This document shows positions 12,764 through 24,730 of a stretch of 39,881 nt of DNA, one piece after another. Source of the DNA: Octopus sinensis. Taxonomy: Eukaryota. The notes under the pieces are model-generated. The model searched no databases. It worked only from the letters and a program-made list of their open reading frames with translations, and was not told the DNA's origin. The stretch lies in assembly GCF_006345805.1 (NCBI RefSeq), contig NW_021835557.1:1-39881 (forward strand), in the 5' to 3' direction. How positions within the stretch are numbered: the stretch's first letter is position 1; every line of letters begins with the position of its first letter. The position numbers were made by a program, and so were the translations under genes.

Positions 12764-12856
12764 TTCGTCGCACCAACTGCGACCTGGTCACTGACACTGT
12801 ACCTTATTGTTGCAGCAGAATCGTGTCAGTGAGCAGGTTGCTGTTGGTGCGACGAA
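12764..12856. other. Inverted repeat: 34-bp arms with 3 differences, 25-nt loop
   Basis: Left arm TTCGTCGCACCAACTGCGACCTGGTCACTGACAC versus reverse complement of right arm TTCGTCGCACCAACAGCAACCTGCTCACTGACAC. Confidence 0.95.
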
Positions 12857-12925
12857 TATTTGGACCTCGAATAAGAAGTATTTATTGTTGGTTGGGACAC
12901 CGTATTTCGTTTGGCAACCGTAGTA

Positions 12926-13150
12926 TTCTTTTACTCTTGTACTTGTTTCAGTCATATGACTGCGGCCATACTGGAGCACCGCTTTAAAGGGCTTCAGTTG
13001 AAGAATTCGACCCAGGACTTATTTTTGTAAGTCTAGTACTTATTCTATAGGATCCTTTTATCGAACTACTAAGTTACGGAGACGTAAACACACCAACGCC
13101 GGCTGTCAAGTGATGGGGGACAAACATAGATACAAAGGCACACACACACT

Positions 13151-13217
<67 letters not shown>

Positions 13218-13387
13218 GTGTGTGTACGTATGTATGTATTCGACAGATGGCTTTCAGGGGCCCTCTACCAAATCCACTCACAAGGCTTTGGTCGACCCCC
13301 GAGGAAATAGTAAAAGACATTTGACCTGAAACCTGAAACCATGTGCTTGGGAAGCAAGCCTCTTACCATATAGCCACGGCTGCACCT
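12926..13387 (-). mobile_element. Family-C SINE, near full length, with internal microsatellite
   Basis: Same layout as 3334-3750; small deletion in the CORE/B-box region. Confidence 0.85.
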
Positions 13388-13559
13388 ACTATAATATACT
13401 ACAAATTATATTCAAAGTTTATTAGTCAATACTGCGACCCACATTTTTGTGCTAGCATTGAAAAGATCTCATTTCTTGTAAACTTTTTACATCGTACTTC
13501 AACCTTTTACGATGCTCCGAACCTCTACTGGGAACTTCCACACCTGCTAGAAATAGCAC

Positions 13560-13795
13560 CTAAATCTCATCAAAATCACACACTATATCTGTTATTTTGT
13601 TCTTTTTCTTGTTTTCTTTTCTTTTTGACTAAAACTCATTACACTAAGTTTGGACTAACTTTCAGGAAAAAAATAAGACACGGCCCATTAATATCAGGCG
13701 GGCCGCACACACCTAAAAATATTCAAGGTAAATTTACGTTAGTTGTGCCACTGAGTAGGTCCTGCGGGCCACAGTTTTACCAATAATTACTCTAT
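13560..13795. mobile_element. Possible hAT-like MITE relic
   Basis: GCGGGCCGCAC and GCGGGCCACAGTTT resemble recalled hAT subterminal motifs; no TIR pair found. Confidence 0.3.
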
Positions 13796-14159
13796 ACCAG
13801 ACGGTCGTAGATATAAAAAAAATTCAAGAAAGGACAGGCCAATCACAGCTGCTACATCTTCAAACACAAGTCTGTTCAATCAATGCTGAACTGTGGTAAC
13901 CAAACGACCACAACCAACAATGAACACAATGAAATACTGATTTCATATGATTTAATATCTGTTTTATACGTCAGAGCAATTCTGAAATCGAAGTCTGTTC
14001 CATTGTGTTCTTCTTTTCTGTTTTGTTCTGTCTCCCGTAAAGAGCTTCGTGAAATAAATACAGGACAATTAATTTTAAAATTCTTTATTGGTTGTTGTTG
14101 TTGTTGTTTGTTTGTTTTTTCTTTGATATTTCGCCAAATACTGTTGATGATATATGACT

Positions 14160-14200
14160 ATACTCATATACTGTGTACAGTATATATATGTATACATATA

Positions 14201-14265
<65 letters not shown>

Positions 14266-14273
14266 CATACATT

Positions 14274-14322
<49 letters not shown>

Positions 14323-14635
14323 GGGGAGAGAGACAAAAGTATATCATGAATATATGTATGTATATATACTAATGTATACGTGTATGGATATATATACAGA
14401 TATATCTATATTTATATATATATGCCTTTTATAATAAGAGATATACATGTATATGTATGTATGCATATATATGTTATATATATATATATATAATATATAT
14501 ATATATAATATATATATATATTATATTTATATATATATATATTATATATATATATATGTATATATATATACATATATATATAATATATATATTATATATA
14601 TATGTGGTGTGTGTGTGTGTGTAGCTGTACATGGG

Positions 14636-14695
<60 letters not shown>

Positions 14696-14745
14696 GATAG
14701 ATAGATAGATAGATAGGCTGATAGGCAGGCAGGCGGGCAGACAGG
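14160..14745. repeat. Compound (TA)/(GA)/(TG)/(GATA) microsatellite block
   Basis: Directly visible. Confidence 0.95.
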
Positions 14746-14976
14746 CAGACAGACACATTGCCTACAGCTCAGTTTCTCTTTCTTTTCTTTCCATAGAATG
14801 TGTAAGGCAACCCTATTTTTTATATGAAACCAGAGAAGCCGTTAAGATATATGCACGTCACAATATAAAACCGGTTAACAATCGTTCTGGTCATTGGCTC
14901 AATGAAATATACTATCTACACTGATGGTTACTGTGCTCATATCATTACTTACTGACATATGGTTGTTGTGTATATG

Positions 14977-15150
14977 CTTTTGAGTGTACTTTGCGTGAAT
15001 CTACATGTGTATGCATAACAGTGCGTGTATACTGCATATATACACACATGCGTGCGTTATAGATAAAAGTACGTACGTATACATGCTTATATATCTATGT
15101 ACATGTGTGCCTATATATCTATGTATATGTCTGCTTATATATATATACAT

Positions 15151-15152
<2 letters not shown>
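14977..15152 (+). repeat. 176-bp direct duplication, copy 1
   Basis: Aligns without gaps to 16448-16623. Confidence 0.9.
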
Positions 15153-15222
<70 letters not shown>

Positions 15223-15530
15223 CATTTATATATGTATATAAATATATATATATATGCGTACATATGTATGTATATATGTGTACATCTTTGTCTATGTATG
15301 TACAAAAATACATATATCACTTAAATATCTCTTATCTGTGTCTACATATGTAAGTATTCATATATCTATATATTTACAGACAGACACATACACAGACAAA
15401 CAAACACACCCATACATACACGCAGACACACAAGCATATACTTAGTCTTGTGAGTATATAAAATATGTACACTTATAAATCAATATACATACACGTATAC
15501 ATGTGAACATATATATATATATATACAAAT

Positions 15531-15587
<57 letters not shown>

Positions 15588-16447
15588 ATATATATATATA
15601 TATATAATATATATATATGTATATGCTTATATATATAAAGTGTGTGTGTGTGTGTCTGTGTGTGTGAGCGTATGTGTGTGTGTGTGTGTGTGTGTTTGTG
15701 CATGTGTGTGAGTATATAAACACAATCTACGTCTGTTTGCATTATAAATAATGTTCCCTGCAGGTTTGCAGTCAGATTGAATACAATAAAACAAGACTCG
15801 TGTCCAAAAAGTCTTTGTAGATGTTTCCTTTTGCAAATATTCTAATTACGAAGACAGAAAGAAGAAGGAAGAAGGAATTTCAGTTTCGTTTCGTTTCTCT
15901 TCCTGTCTTTTCCGTTTCTTTGACTTCTCTGTCCTTTTGTCCGAAATCCGTATTGTGCTGCTAAGCTGCCGGAGTACACAACCACCTATCAATTTCAAAG
16001 TCGTTATAGAGAAGATTTAATACTATAAAACTATATTGTTTATGAAACTATGCGGTGTAGCTGAAGAGGAATGCTTTCTTTTGTGTGTTTAAAGTTTGGG
16101 GAAGATGGGGGAGGGCTTTTATCGAAAATCGAAACCGTGTTAATAGTCTCACAAAACTTGAGTCTTTCCTCATCAATTGCAGCGTTGACCAACATTGATT
16201 TCTTTTAATAGGCGAACACTGTTCGTGAACTTTTTCAACCTCACCAAGGTTGGTGGCAGAGAGCGTGGAATATATGGAGATATCATCGTTGTAAAGCTTG
16301 CAACAGGCTGGAGTTAGATAAAAGCACCGAATGACCTACTATTGGTGTTAAACCGAACTTCTGGTGAATGCACAAGCCCGCAAATGTGTGGGATGGGTAA
16401 GCCTGATTAGATCCGCATCAGTACTCAACACAAGACAAAATTTCGGA

Positions 16448-16623
16448 CTTTTGAGTGTACTTTGCGTGAATCTACATGTGTATGCATAACAGTACGTGTT
16501 TACTACATATATACACACATATGTGCATTATAGATAAAAGTACGTACGTATATATGCTTATATATCTATGTACATGTGTGCTTATATATCTATGTATATG
16601 TCTGCTTATATATATATACATAT
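16448..16623 (+). repeat. 176-bp direct duplication, copy 2
   Basis: Aligns without gaps to 14977-15152. Confidence 0.9.
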
Positions 16624-16734
16624 CAAAACTGGGAAGATAAAAGGCAAGCAGGATAGCGGCCTGGGATGCCACATCATAGGTTTGGAATAATCCGAGGAAT
16701 ACAATAGGAAAATATGAAAACAAGAAATACAATA

Positions 16735-16900
16735 AGTGTTGGCTCGGCTACGTTGCTATGAAGCTCGCTTTGCAGTCACATGGTTTCAAGTTCAGTTCCT
16801 GTACACGGCATCTTGGGCAGTTACGTCTGCTATGGTACCTCATCAACCAGAGTCTTGCGAGTGAATTTGGTTGGTGGAAACTGTGTGGAAGTAGACCTTG
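16735..16900 (+). mobile_element. Degenerate family-C SINE head/core
   Basis: CACATGGTTTCAAGTTCAGTTCC..GGCATCTTGGGCAG..GAGTGAATTTGGT..GGAAACTG. Confidence 0.7.
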
Positions 16901-17009
16901 GCTGGATTTGAACACGGAACCAAAAAGTCCTAAGTCAACACTTAAGTTATCCATAGTTCTGCTGATTCTATCATTCCTCTTGTTTCTGAAATTAGTCAAA
17001 TATCAGAAA

Positions 17010-17205
17010 TCAAGAAGAAACGAACTGAATACATTATAGTATTTCGTCGCTTTTTAAGTTCTTCGTTCAAATCCTATTAAAGTCGACTATGATTCTCAAA
17101 CCTACGTGTTCAATAAAATAAATACCAGCCGTGTACTGGGGTAGATTCAATCCTCGATACACCTTCCCATTAAATGTATGGTGTTGTATTATCGTATGAA
17201 ATCAG
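17010..17205 (+). mobile_element. Degenerate family-A SINE
   Basis: TATTTCGTC..GTTCAAATCC..GTCGAC..AATAAAATAAATACCAG..TACTGGGGT. Confidence 0.6.
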
Positions 17206-19163
17206 TGTTACACAGCGTTCCTCAAACTAGATCTGTATCTGTTGCGCCCCTAATTTAAAACTACACTGAGGCATTAATATTATCATTACGAGTTCGATAC
17301 CAGGCAAGAGGGTAACATTTTAAATTCTAATTGTCTTTGATATTTAAAATGCAACCTTTAATATATTTGAAAATATTAATTAACTTTACCACAACAATTA
17401 TTTTTCAGAATAATAGATATTATATCAAGCGCTTTTTTATGTGGAAAGTTATGGAACTTTAGGTTGTCTTTTGACGAAGTCTTAATTAATGATATTTTGA
17501 TATTGTTTGACTAAAAACATTTATCAAAAAAATATTTTATATCATATTCTGCAAACTCAATACACACACAAACATACACACGCACTCACATATTGTATAA
17601 TATTTACATTACCTGGATGATTTCTCTATAACAAAAACTTTAAGAAAACGTTCCTTGTTTCCTTGTCTAGGTTCTGTTTTTATCATTATTTATGATGTGT
17701 CTTTTTGACTTATATGAAGAAAACTTGGCTGCCTTTTCTAGCGAGTCAAGAAACCACATAAAAAATTTCACATTTGTGAGTATGTATTAGTATGTTTATA
17801 ATATTTGTGGCTGATGATGAGTGTCAAAGGGGCTTTTATATACATAATAATTTAGGCCACAATATTAACAAGATATTTTGGTGAAATATATTAGCCAAAA
17901 CTTCCTCATACATAAACATAGCGGTGGATGTTAAGTTTCAATGAATGTTTTCCTGACACTTTTCAATATCACAATTGTTGTATATCGACAAATGTTTAAG
18001 TGGAAAACAGAATACAAGCCTTAGAAACAGCAGAATTGACTGTTTTGTAAAATAGTCTTCCCACCTCAAAAATAAGTACTTTCGAGTGGTAGAATGAACT
18101 GCAATGGATAAATTGAAACGGCTTCACTTTAGACTTAACTGTTTTATTGACTAAAGGTTTAACAAAATTGTTGCTATTTTTATTACACTTCTCTCTTCTT
18201 TTCTCTGTCTCTTCTGTCTTATCTTTATTTTTTCATGACACAATCTATTGTTGCATTTGAGAGTGAAATATTCATGACCCCTTTTTCAGTGACGTGCAAG
18301 GACAAAATAAGCTTTCACCAAAAATATAACACAGACGTTATTTTTTTTTCGTATGTTGCATATATGAAATTAATGAATAAATTGAATAAATATACTCTTT
18401 TTATTTCGTTTTCTTCAAATAAGTTTTTAAAATCAATTTTGTAATAAAGTCTTTATTTGTTTTGTGTACAAAGAGATCTGAGACGATGATTTGCATATTT
18501 ATTCTAAATACGTTTCAGTAGATTCGAATACAAATTTGCTAGTCGTTGTTGTGTACATCGTAGAAGAACAACTTCCTTCTTTCACGACGATAATGTATTC
18601 ATAGAACACTCGGCTCACTGGTAAAAGAGCAGTGTTTCATCACGCTGTATCTCGTCAGTCAGAGGTACCCGGACCTTTGAGCTTAAACAAGACATCGGTG
18701 GTTAATAAAATTGTTTATACTATAGAATTGTAGACTGACTGAAACATTAGCGCATAGGACAAAATGTTACCCAACATTTAGTTGTGTGGCCCTTTAAATT
18801 ATGAGTTCAGTCTGAGATTAATCTTCTCTCTCCTCGTTCAGTAGAGAAATGAAAAAATAAGAAAAAAAAAAGGAAAGAAAAATACGATTGAAAGAAAACT
18901 GTTTATTGAAGAAAGTGTGAATTTGCTGAATCATTGGAGACGAAGTAAATGCCATCAGGATATGATTAAAATAAAGCACCAGTCAAACACTGGGCTTCTT
19001 TTAAACGACTACGCCCCTTCGTCTCAAAATCCTTGCTTTGTGGGTCCTGGCTAAATTTGACAGTTTGCATAAAACGAAAGGAAAACAATATTTCATTCAA
19101 AAATAAAAGTATTTTTTTAAAAATCCAAATATATAAAGCAGATTATGGCTGCAAGATAACGGT

Positions 19164-19353
19164 TTGCTCAAAGTAGCTACCCTCAGCCTCAAGTATGGTC
19201 GTAAGATAGCTCCGGAACCTGGTTCATTGTCCCTGAGAAGATTTCGAATACCTCCTTGATCTTAGCCACCAGCTCGGCTTTGATGTTGCTGGCTGATCGG
19301 TTGGTGTCTTTCTCACCCGCGCCTCATACATAGTAATCCATGGGATTATAATC
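19164..19353 (-). mobile_element. Tc1/mariner transposase C-terminal remnant
   Basis: Minus strand translates DYNPMDYYV*GAGEKDTNRSASNIKAELVAKIKEVFE and, after a frameshift, TILEAEGSYFE, matching the Tc1/maT motifs PDxNPxDYxxW and EAEGGYFE. Confidence 0.85.
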
Positions 19354-19559
19354 GTTGACTGTTCACCAATAGGACAAGATTTTCTTGAACAAAAAAGGAG
19401 ACATAAAAAATTGCCAAACTTAGTCCGAGTACCATGTACTGCATCTAGGATCCCCTGTTAAAAGAATATTGATGCCACCAGGTGTTCTAGTTTATTAATG
19501 TATTTCTGTTACACCAATAATCGAAATCTTTAATTAAATAATATATTATCCCACGGAAA

Positions 19560-20075
19560 ATCGGTGAGCTAGCAGAATCGTCCTCACACCGAGAAAATGC
19601 TTAGCTGTATTTCCGGTTTTGAGTTCGGAAGGCGGCGAGCTGGCAGAATCGTTAGCACGGCGGACGAAATGCTTAGCGGTATTTCGTCTGCCGTTACGTT
19701 CTGAGTTCAAATTCCGCCGAGGTCGACTTTGCCTTTCATCCGTTCGGGGTCGATTAAATAAGTACCAGTTACGCACTGGGGTCGATGTAATCGACTTAAT
19801 CCGTTTGTCTGTCCTTGTTTGTCCTCTCTGTGTTTAGCCCCTAGTAGGTAGTTAAGAAATAGGTATTTCTGGTTTTGAGTTCGGAGTTCAAATTGCCCCG
19901 AGATAGACTTTACATTTTATTCTTTCTGGGTCAATTAAATAAATAGCAGTTGAACACTGAGTTCAATTAAACTAGTACCAGTTGAGTACTGAGGTCGCTT
20001 AAATAAGTACCAGTTGAGTACTGGGGAATATCTTTCTCCCTCGAAATTTCAGGCCTTGTGCCAAACATCGAACGA
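19560..20075 (+). mobile_element. Older family-A SINE interrupted by a younger copy
   Basis: Head at 19560-19629 resumes after 19863; contains three ~32-bp repeats at 19931-20026. Confidence 0.75.
19630..19862 (+). mobile_element. Young full-length family-A SINE with target-site duplication
   Basis: Intact head GGCGGCGAGCTGGCAGAATCG; flanked by GTATTTC[C/T]GGTTTTGAGTTCGGA at 19607-19629 and 19863-19885. Confidence 0.95.
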
Positions 20076-20570
20076 ATTATATTATCTCACCAAGATAACA
20101 GAATTTATCTTTAATTCCTTCTCTTTCCTTCCTACTCTCCCTCTTTCTAACTTCACAATAATTTTCTCTCATCTAATACAATTTATCAAATAAACGACGA
20201 ACTGACATTTAGACGAGCGACATCAAATTTTGGTAACACACTGCAGGCAATTTTAGAATGAAACGCTAAAACTGCGAGTTCCGCTTGGCTTGGAATAATA
20301 AAAACGTGCAAGTTGCTGAGATCTTTACTATTTGGTTCTTGTTTTCGGTTAGAAAGAATGTCTTCGGGTTCCCTTGATGCAAATGTATCTCTGGTTTATG
20401 GCCAGGAATCTATTTTCCTTTTTCTTTTTTAAATCTTTAATATTACATTTTGGTTTTAGTTCTTGTATTAAGAGAACATCTTAATGGACTTGGAGAAAAT
20501 AGATTCCGATTGATTTTTTATTTATTAAAGAATGTTCGCGAAATGGTATCGTTACTTATCTTTTATTTTT

Positions 20571-20745
20571 CTCTCTTTTACAAGTTTCAGTCATTGGACT
20601 ACGGTCATGCTGGGGCACCGCCTTGAATTCTACTACTTATTCTATTAGTCTCTCTTTTGCCACAACCGCTAAGTTACCGGAACGTAAACAATCCAGTACA
20701 GGTTATGAAGCAGTGAAAGCAGGAAACACATACACACACACACAC
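20571..20745 (-). mobile_element. Family-C SINE tail
   Basis: CAAGTTTCAGTCATT..CATGCTGGGGCACCGCC..ACGTAAACA. Confidence 0.8.
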
Positions 20746-21062
20746 GATCGTCAGGTTGTGAATTCGATTCCCGGACCGGGCTGCGTGTTGTGTTCTTGAG
20801 CAAGACACTTTATTTCACGTTGCTCCAGTTCACTCAGCTGTAGAAATGAGTTGCGACGTCACTGGTGCCAAGCTGTATCGGCCCCTTTGTCTTTCTCTTG
20901 GATAACATCGGTGATGTAGAGAGGAGAAGCTGGTATGCACGGGTAAATGCTGGTCTTCCATGAAAACAACCCGAGGTTGTGCGTTCGCCAGTAAGCCGAC
21001 TAGACTTGTACTCCGGAAGGGGAATTCTTAGGTACACCTATGGGCATTCGTGACCGACGGAG
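20746..21062 (+). mobile_element. Family-B SINE variant, 5'-truncated, with a different middle segment
   Basis: TTCGATTCCCGG..GTTGTGTTCTTGAGCAAGACACTT and terminal GTGACCGACGGAGT are shared with 10319-10639; the middle differs. Confidence 0.8.
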
Positions 21063-21522
21063 TTGAGTTGATCTTAGACCCTCCCTTGGAGTAAGCATGC
21101 TGTCCAGCAGAGCAAAAAAATTATTTTCTTCTTCTTCCCTCTTCCTTCCCCTTTATTTCTTTAGCACTCATTCCAAATACAAAAGCACACACACACACGC
21201 GCACACACACACACACACACAGACACACATGCTCTCTCTCTCTCTCTCTCACTTTTTCCTCATCCGTCACCCTCTTGTACTGTCTTATATTCCTCCCCAC
21301 CACTACAAATTCAGTACCACTATAAAATGGTCAAAACTTTTTCACAGGAACTTAGTTCGATTTGAAAACCCCGCTAGAATGGAAGAAAGCGCTAATACAT
21401 GATCTAAGTTATATGATATATAAAAATGTATTATACAAATAAATATCTGTAAACCATCCGATTTTCTGAGTACCTCATTTCTTCTAATCTAAAATACCTG
21501 TACATCATCTCCACACCTTGCA

Positions 21523-21597
<75 letters not shown>

Positions 21598-21607
21598 TGT
21601 GTGTGTG

Positions 21608-21652
<45 letters not shown>

Positions 21653-22079
21653 ACTACACAAATTTACGACACCATCAATATTTAAATAATATTTAGGAAG
21701 GAAGTATAAAGTCAAGAAAGTTTAAAAGAATCTCAAAGCAAAAAGGAAAATCGAAAGGAGTTTGAAGACATTTCCACCCAAACGGCAAAGCGGTTAACAA
21801 AGATATCAACTTTATTTTACTGTGTTCTGATGAAGACAAAACAAGAGAAACGGTGCGTGCAGCGTAAAGCTATTGTAACTATTACACATTTGACTAAACA
21901 ACGCTACAAAGACTTCCTTCGTAGAAAGAACAATGCTACTGAAAACAATACTGTGTCTCTGCTTCTGAAGGTTTGGTACCAAAGGAAGCAACATCTAACA
22001 TGTTCAAGCTTTACTCTTTGTATTTACACCGTTTTGTGGTTGTTTTTGTTGCTGTTGTTCTAGCTAGTGTTTTACTTCT

Positions 22080-22275
22080 GATTAGCTCTGTTTGAACAGA
22101 CCTATGATTAATGGAAGCTTTCCAACCGTGATCATCCTGTCATTTATTCTGGCATAATCTATCTAGGACTACATTATTTATTATGTCCTTTATTTCTTTT
22201 TTTTTTTCAGGCTGTAGATTGCGATTAGAAGGAGAATTCGCTGCTGACTCTTGCACATTTAGCGACCCCACGAAA
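22080..22275 (+). mobile_element. Family-E old dispersed repeat
   Basis: TTCCAACCGTGATCATCC..TCTAGGACTACATTAT..GAAGGAGAATTCGCTGCT. Confidence 0.6.
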
Positions 22276-22599
22276 AGTTGTTTTAGAGGTTTTATCCTTC
22301 TTACTGTTTCGTACGCGACCTAATCATTTCTTTCTTATCTAAGAAATGGAAGAATATCGAACAAAATAGCCTGTGGTGTTTGGTCACATCTCTTTACGTT
22401 CTGAGTTCAAACTCCACCCAGGCCAACATTGCCTTTCGTCCCATCAGGGACAGTAAATTATAGGGATACTCGTGAAGAAGTATACGCAAGTTTGGTCAAA
22501 GGCTTTCTTTTTTTCTTCCTTTTTGGCCCTGAATGCAAGTCACCTTCCTCTGCGCTATCAAATGTTATGTAAGGGAAAGAGAATGGCCAGGTGATGGTA

Positions 22600-22978
22600 A
22601 ATTTTTCCAACATGGTAGAATTTGTAGGTGTTGGGACTCTTTCCTATGATCTTGTTTTTACTGTTTTAATACTTCATCAAGTTCTTTATTCTTAGGTAAG
22701 ATATATGTTCTTTCCGTTGTACAAAGCCTACATTTTCTTGATCCGTTTCAGTATGGCTTCCACCATTCAAGCACTATTCACTTGCTACTAACATTAATGT
22801 AATGGTTTCTTAGTTTCTTGATGCGGTCGGCTAATGTTGACAATTTTCTCTTGTCAATGTGTCTGAATGATCAGCTGTGGTTGTGAAATCTTCCTTTGAA
22901 TTGCTCTTCATTCGTACTTATGTAATTATTCTTTTAAACTGTAGGTTTTGAGATTGCTGCGGTAATTTCAATTTCAGC
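22600..22978 (-). mobile_element. Penelope-like element GIY-YIG endonuclease remnant
   Basis: Minus strand translates NYISTNEEQFKGRFHNHS*SFRHIDKRKLSTLADRIKKLRNHYINVSSK*IVLEWWKPY*NGSRKCRLCTTERTYIL, matching the recalled PLE pattern YIG..FKxRxxNH..SFR..NGSKRCxLCxxEKxxIL. Confidence 0.85.
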
Positions 22979-23115
22979 AAAACAGACAAATAGAAGTATT
23001 GAGTTTAACAAAACAAGCACTGGGGTTGATCTGTTCGACTAAAACCTTTCAGTGTGCCACACTATGTCACAGAATGGCTGCAGTCTAATGACCGGAACAA
23101 GCAAAATATAAAACA
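22979..23115 (+). mobile_element. Family-C SINE tail
   Basis: CTGGGGTTGATCTGTTCGACTAAAA..ATGGCTGCAGTCTAATGAC..AACAAG. Confidence 0.7.
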
Positions 23116-23427
23116 AATACAAGGATAAAAAGAAACTGTATTAGATGTGGTGGCCTTCAAACAAAATGAACAAATGAGAAGATTATTTATTCATTACCTT
23201 AAGTTTCTCGTTTGGCATCTGAAAAGACATTCCAGTGCCAGGTCCCAGGTTCAGAGACTCAGGTTGGAAGTTAGCTTTCGTTAAGTCAGTAGTTACACAA
23301 ATTTGTTAACTTGGTCGAATTTGAACTCAGAGACGAAGGAATTGAAACAAATGTTGCAAAGCAATCTGTACGATGCTCTAAAGCCTCTGCAAATTCGCAA
23401 GAGTGTGTGACTATATATAAATGTGAG

Positions 23428-23465
<38 letters not shown>

Positions 23466-23699
23466 TATGTATGTATATATATGTGTGTGTGTCCGTATTT
23501 CTTTGTGAATATCTGCGTGTGTGTATGTGTGTATGTGTGTGCATGTGTGTGTGTGTGTGTGTCTGTGTGTAAGTCTATGTGTATGTGTGTTTGTGTGTGT
23601 GTGTATGTATATGTGTTTGTTTGTTTGTAGGTACTTTTTTTTATCTCTGAACAAATGAATGGACGTTAGCGAGGTGTTCACAGCGAGCCTGTCATTTGC

Positions 23700-24034
23700 T
23701 GCTCTGTAATCACAGAGATTGTAATAGACGGGAAATAGTAACACGTCTCTGTACAGCCATTGCTGCTTTGCGCCACCAGCACCACCGCTGCCAACACCAC
23801 CAAAACAGCAATCACCATCATTACCATCGCTACCACCACCACAATCACCTACACCATCACGATCACCGCCACCGCCACTACCACCAGCATAGCCACCACA
23901 ACCACAACCACAACCACAACCACAACCACCATAACCCCTACCACCACCGTAACCAACGCAACCGCCTCAACAATCATTACCACTGCTACTACTACTACTA
24001 CTACTGCCATCACTACCACCACCACCACCACCAT

Positions 24035-24103
<69 letters not shown>

Positions 24104-24467
24104 AACTACTACCACTACTACTACTACTACTAATACTACGAAAACCACTACACGTTCTGCAAACACATTAGTTATGCTATCAATGAGTGTGTGTATGGTA
24201 ACAACAATAAAAATAATAAATAAAATTAGAATAATAAAGCAAAAAACAAACAGCAATAATGACGACGACAACGACGACGACGACTATGATGATGATGATG
24301 ATGATGGTGGTAGTGGTGGTGGTGGTGGTGGTGGTGGTGATGGTGGTTGCGTGATGGTGACGATGATGATGATGATGATGATAATGATGATAATGAGGAT
24401 GATGATGAGGATGATGATTGTGGTGGTGGTGGTGGTGGTGGTAGTTGCGTGATGGTGACGATGATGA

Positions 24468-24498
<31 letters not shown>

Positions 24499-24660
24499 TG
24501 TGGTGGTTTCGTGATGGTGACTCTGGTGATGACGATGATGATGATGATGGTGGTGGTGGTGGTGGTGGTGGTGGTGGTGGTTATGATGATGATGATGATG
24601 GTTGCATGATGGTGACGATGATGATGATGATGACGACGATGATGATGCTCATGATGCTGG

Positions 24661-24703
<43 letters not shown>

Positions 24704-24730
24704 AGTAATGATGATGGTGATATTGGTAGA
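23700..24730. repeat. Compound triplet repeats: CAC/ACC/TAC block (23770-24135) and GAT/GGT block (24260-24730)
   Basis: Directly visible; the anchor GTTGCGTGATGGTGAC recurs four times. Confidence 0.9.

Noticed and set aside
16180-16330. Minus-strand CKLYNDDISIYS resembling a LINE RT YADD motif
   Set aside because: Only one short motif; neighbouring RT motifs such as GVPQG were not found, so it cannot be supported without an HMM search.
16211-16396. Exon-like segment between TTCTTTTAATAG and GTAAGC
   Set aside because: All three frames contain stop codons.
21827-21851. CTGATGA...GAAAC hammerhead-like strings
   Set aside because: The intervening AGACAAAACAAGA cannot form stem II and no stem I is present.
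23760-24452. 230-aa Thr-rich mucin-like ORF
   Set aside because: It lies in triplet repeats with overlapping ORFs in other frames and on the other strand, and has no signal peptide or recognisable domain.
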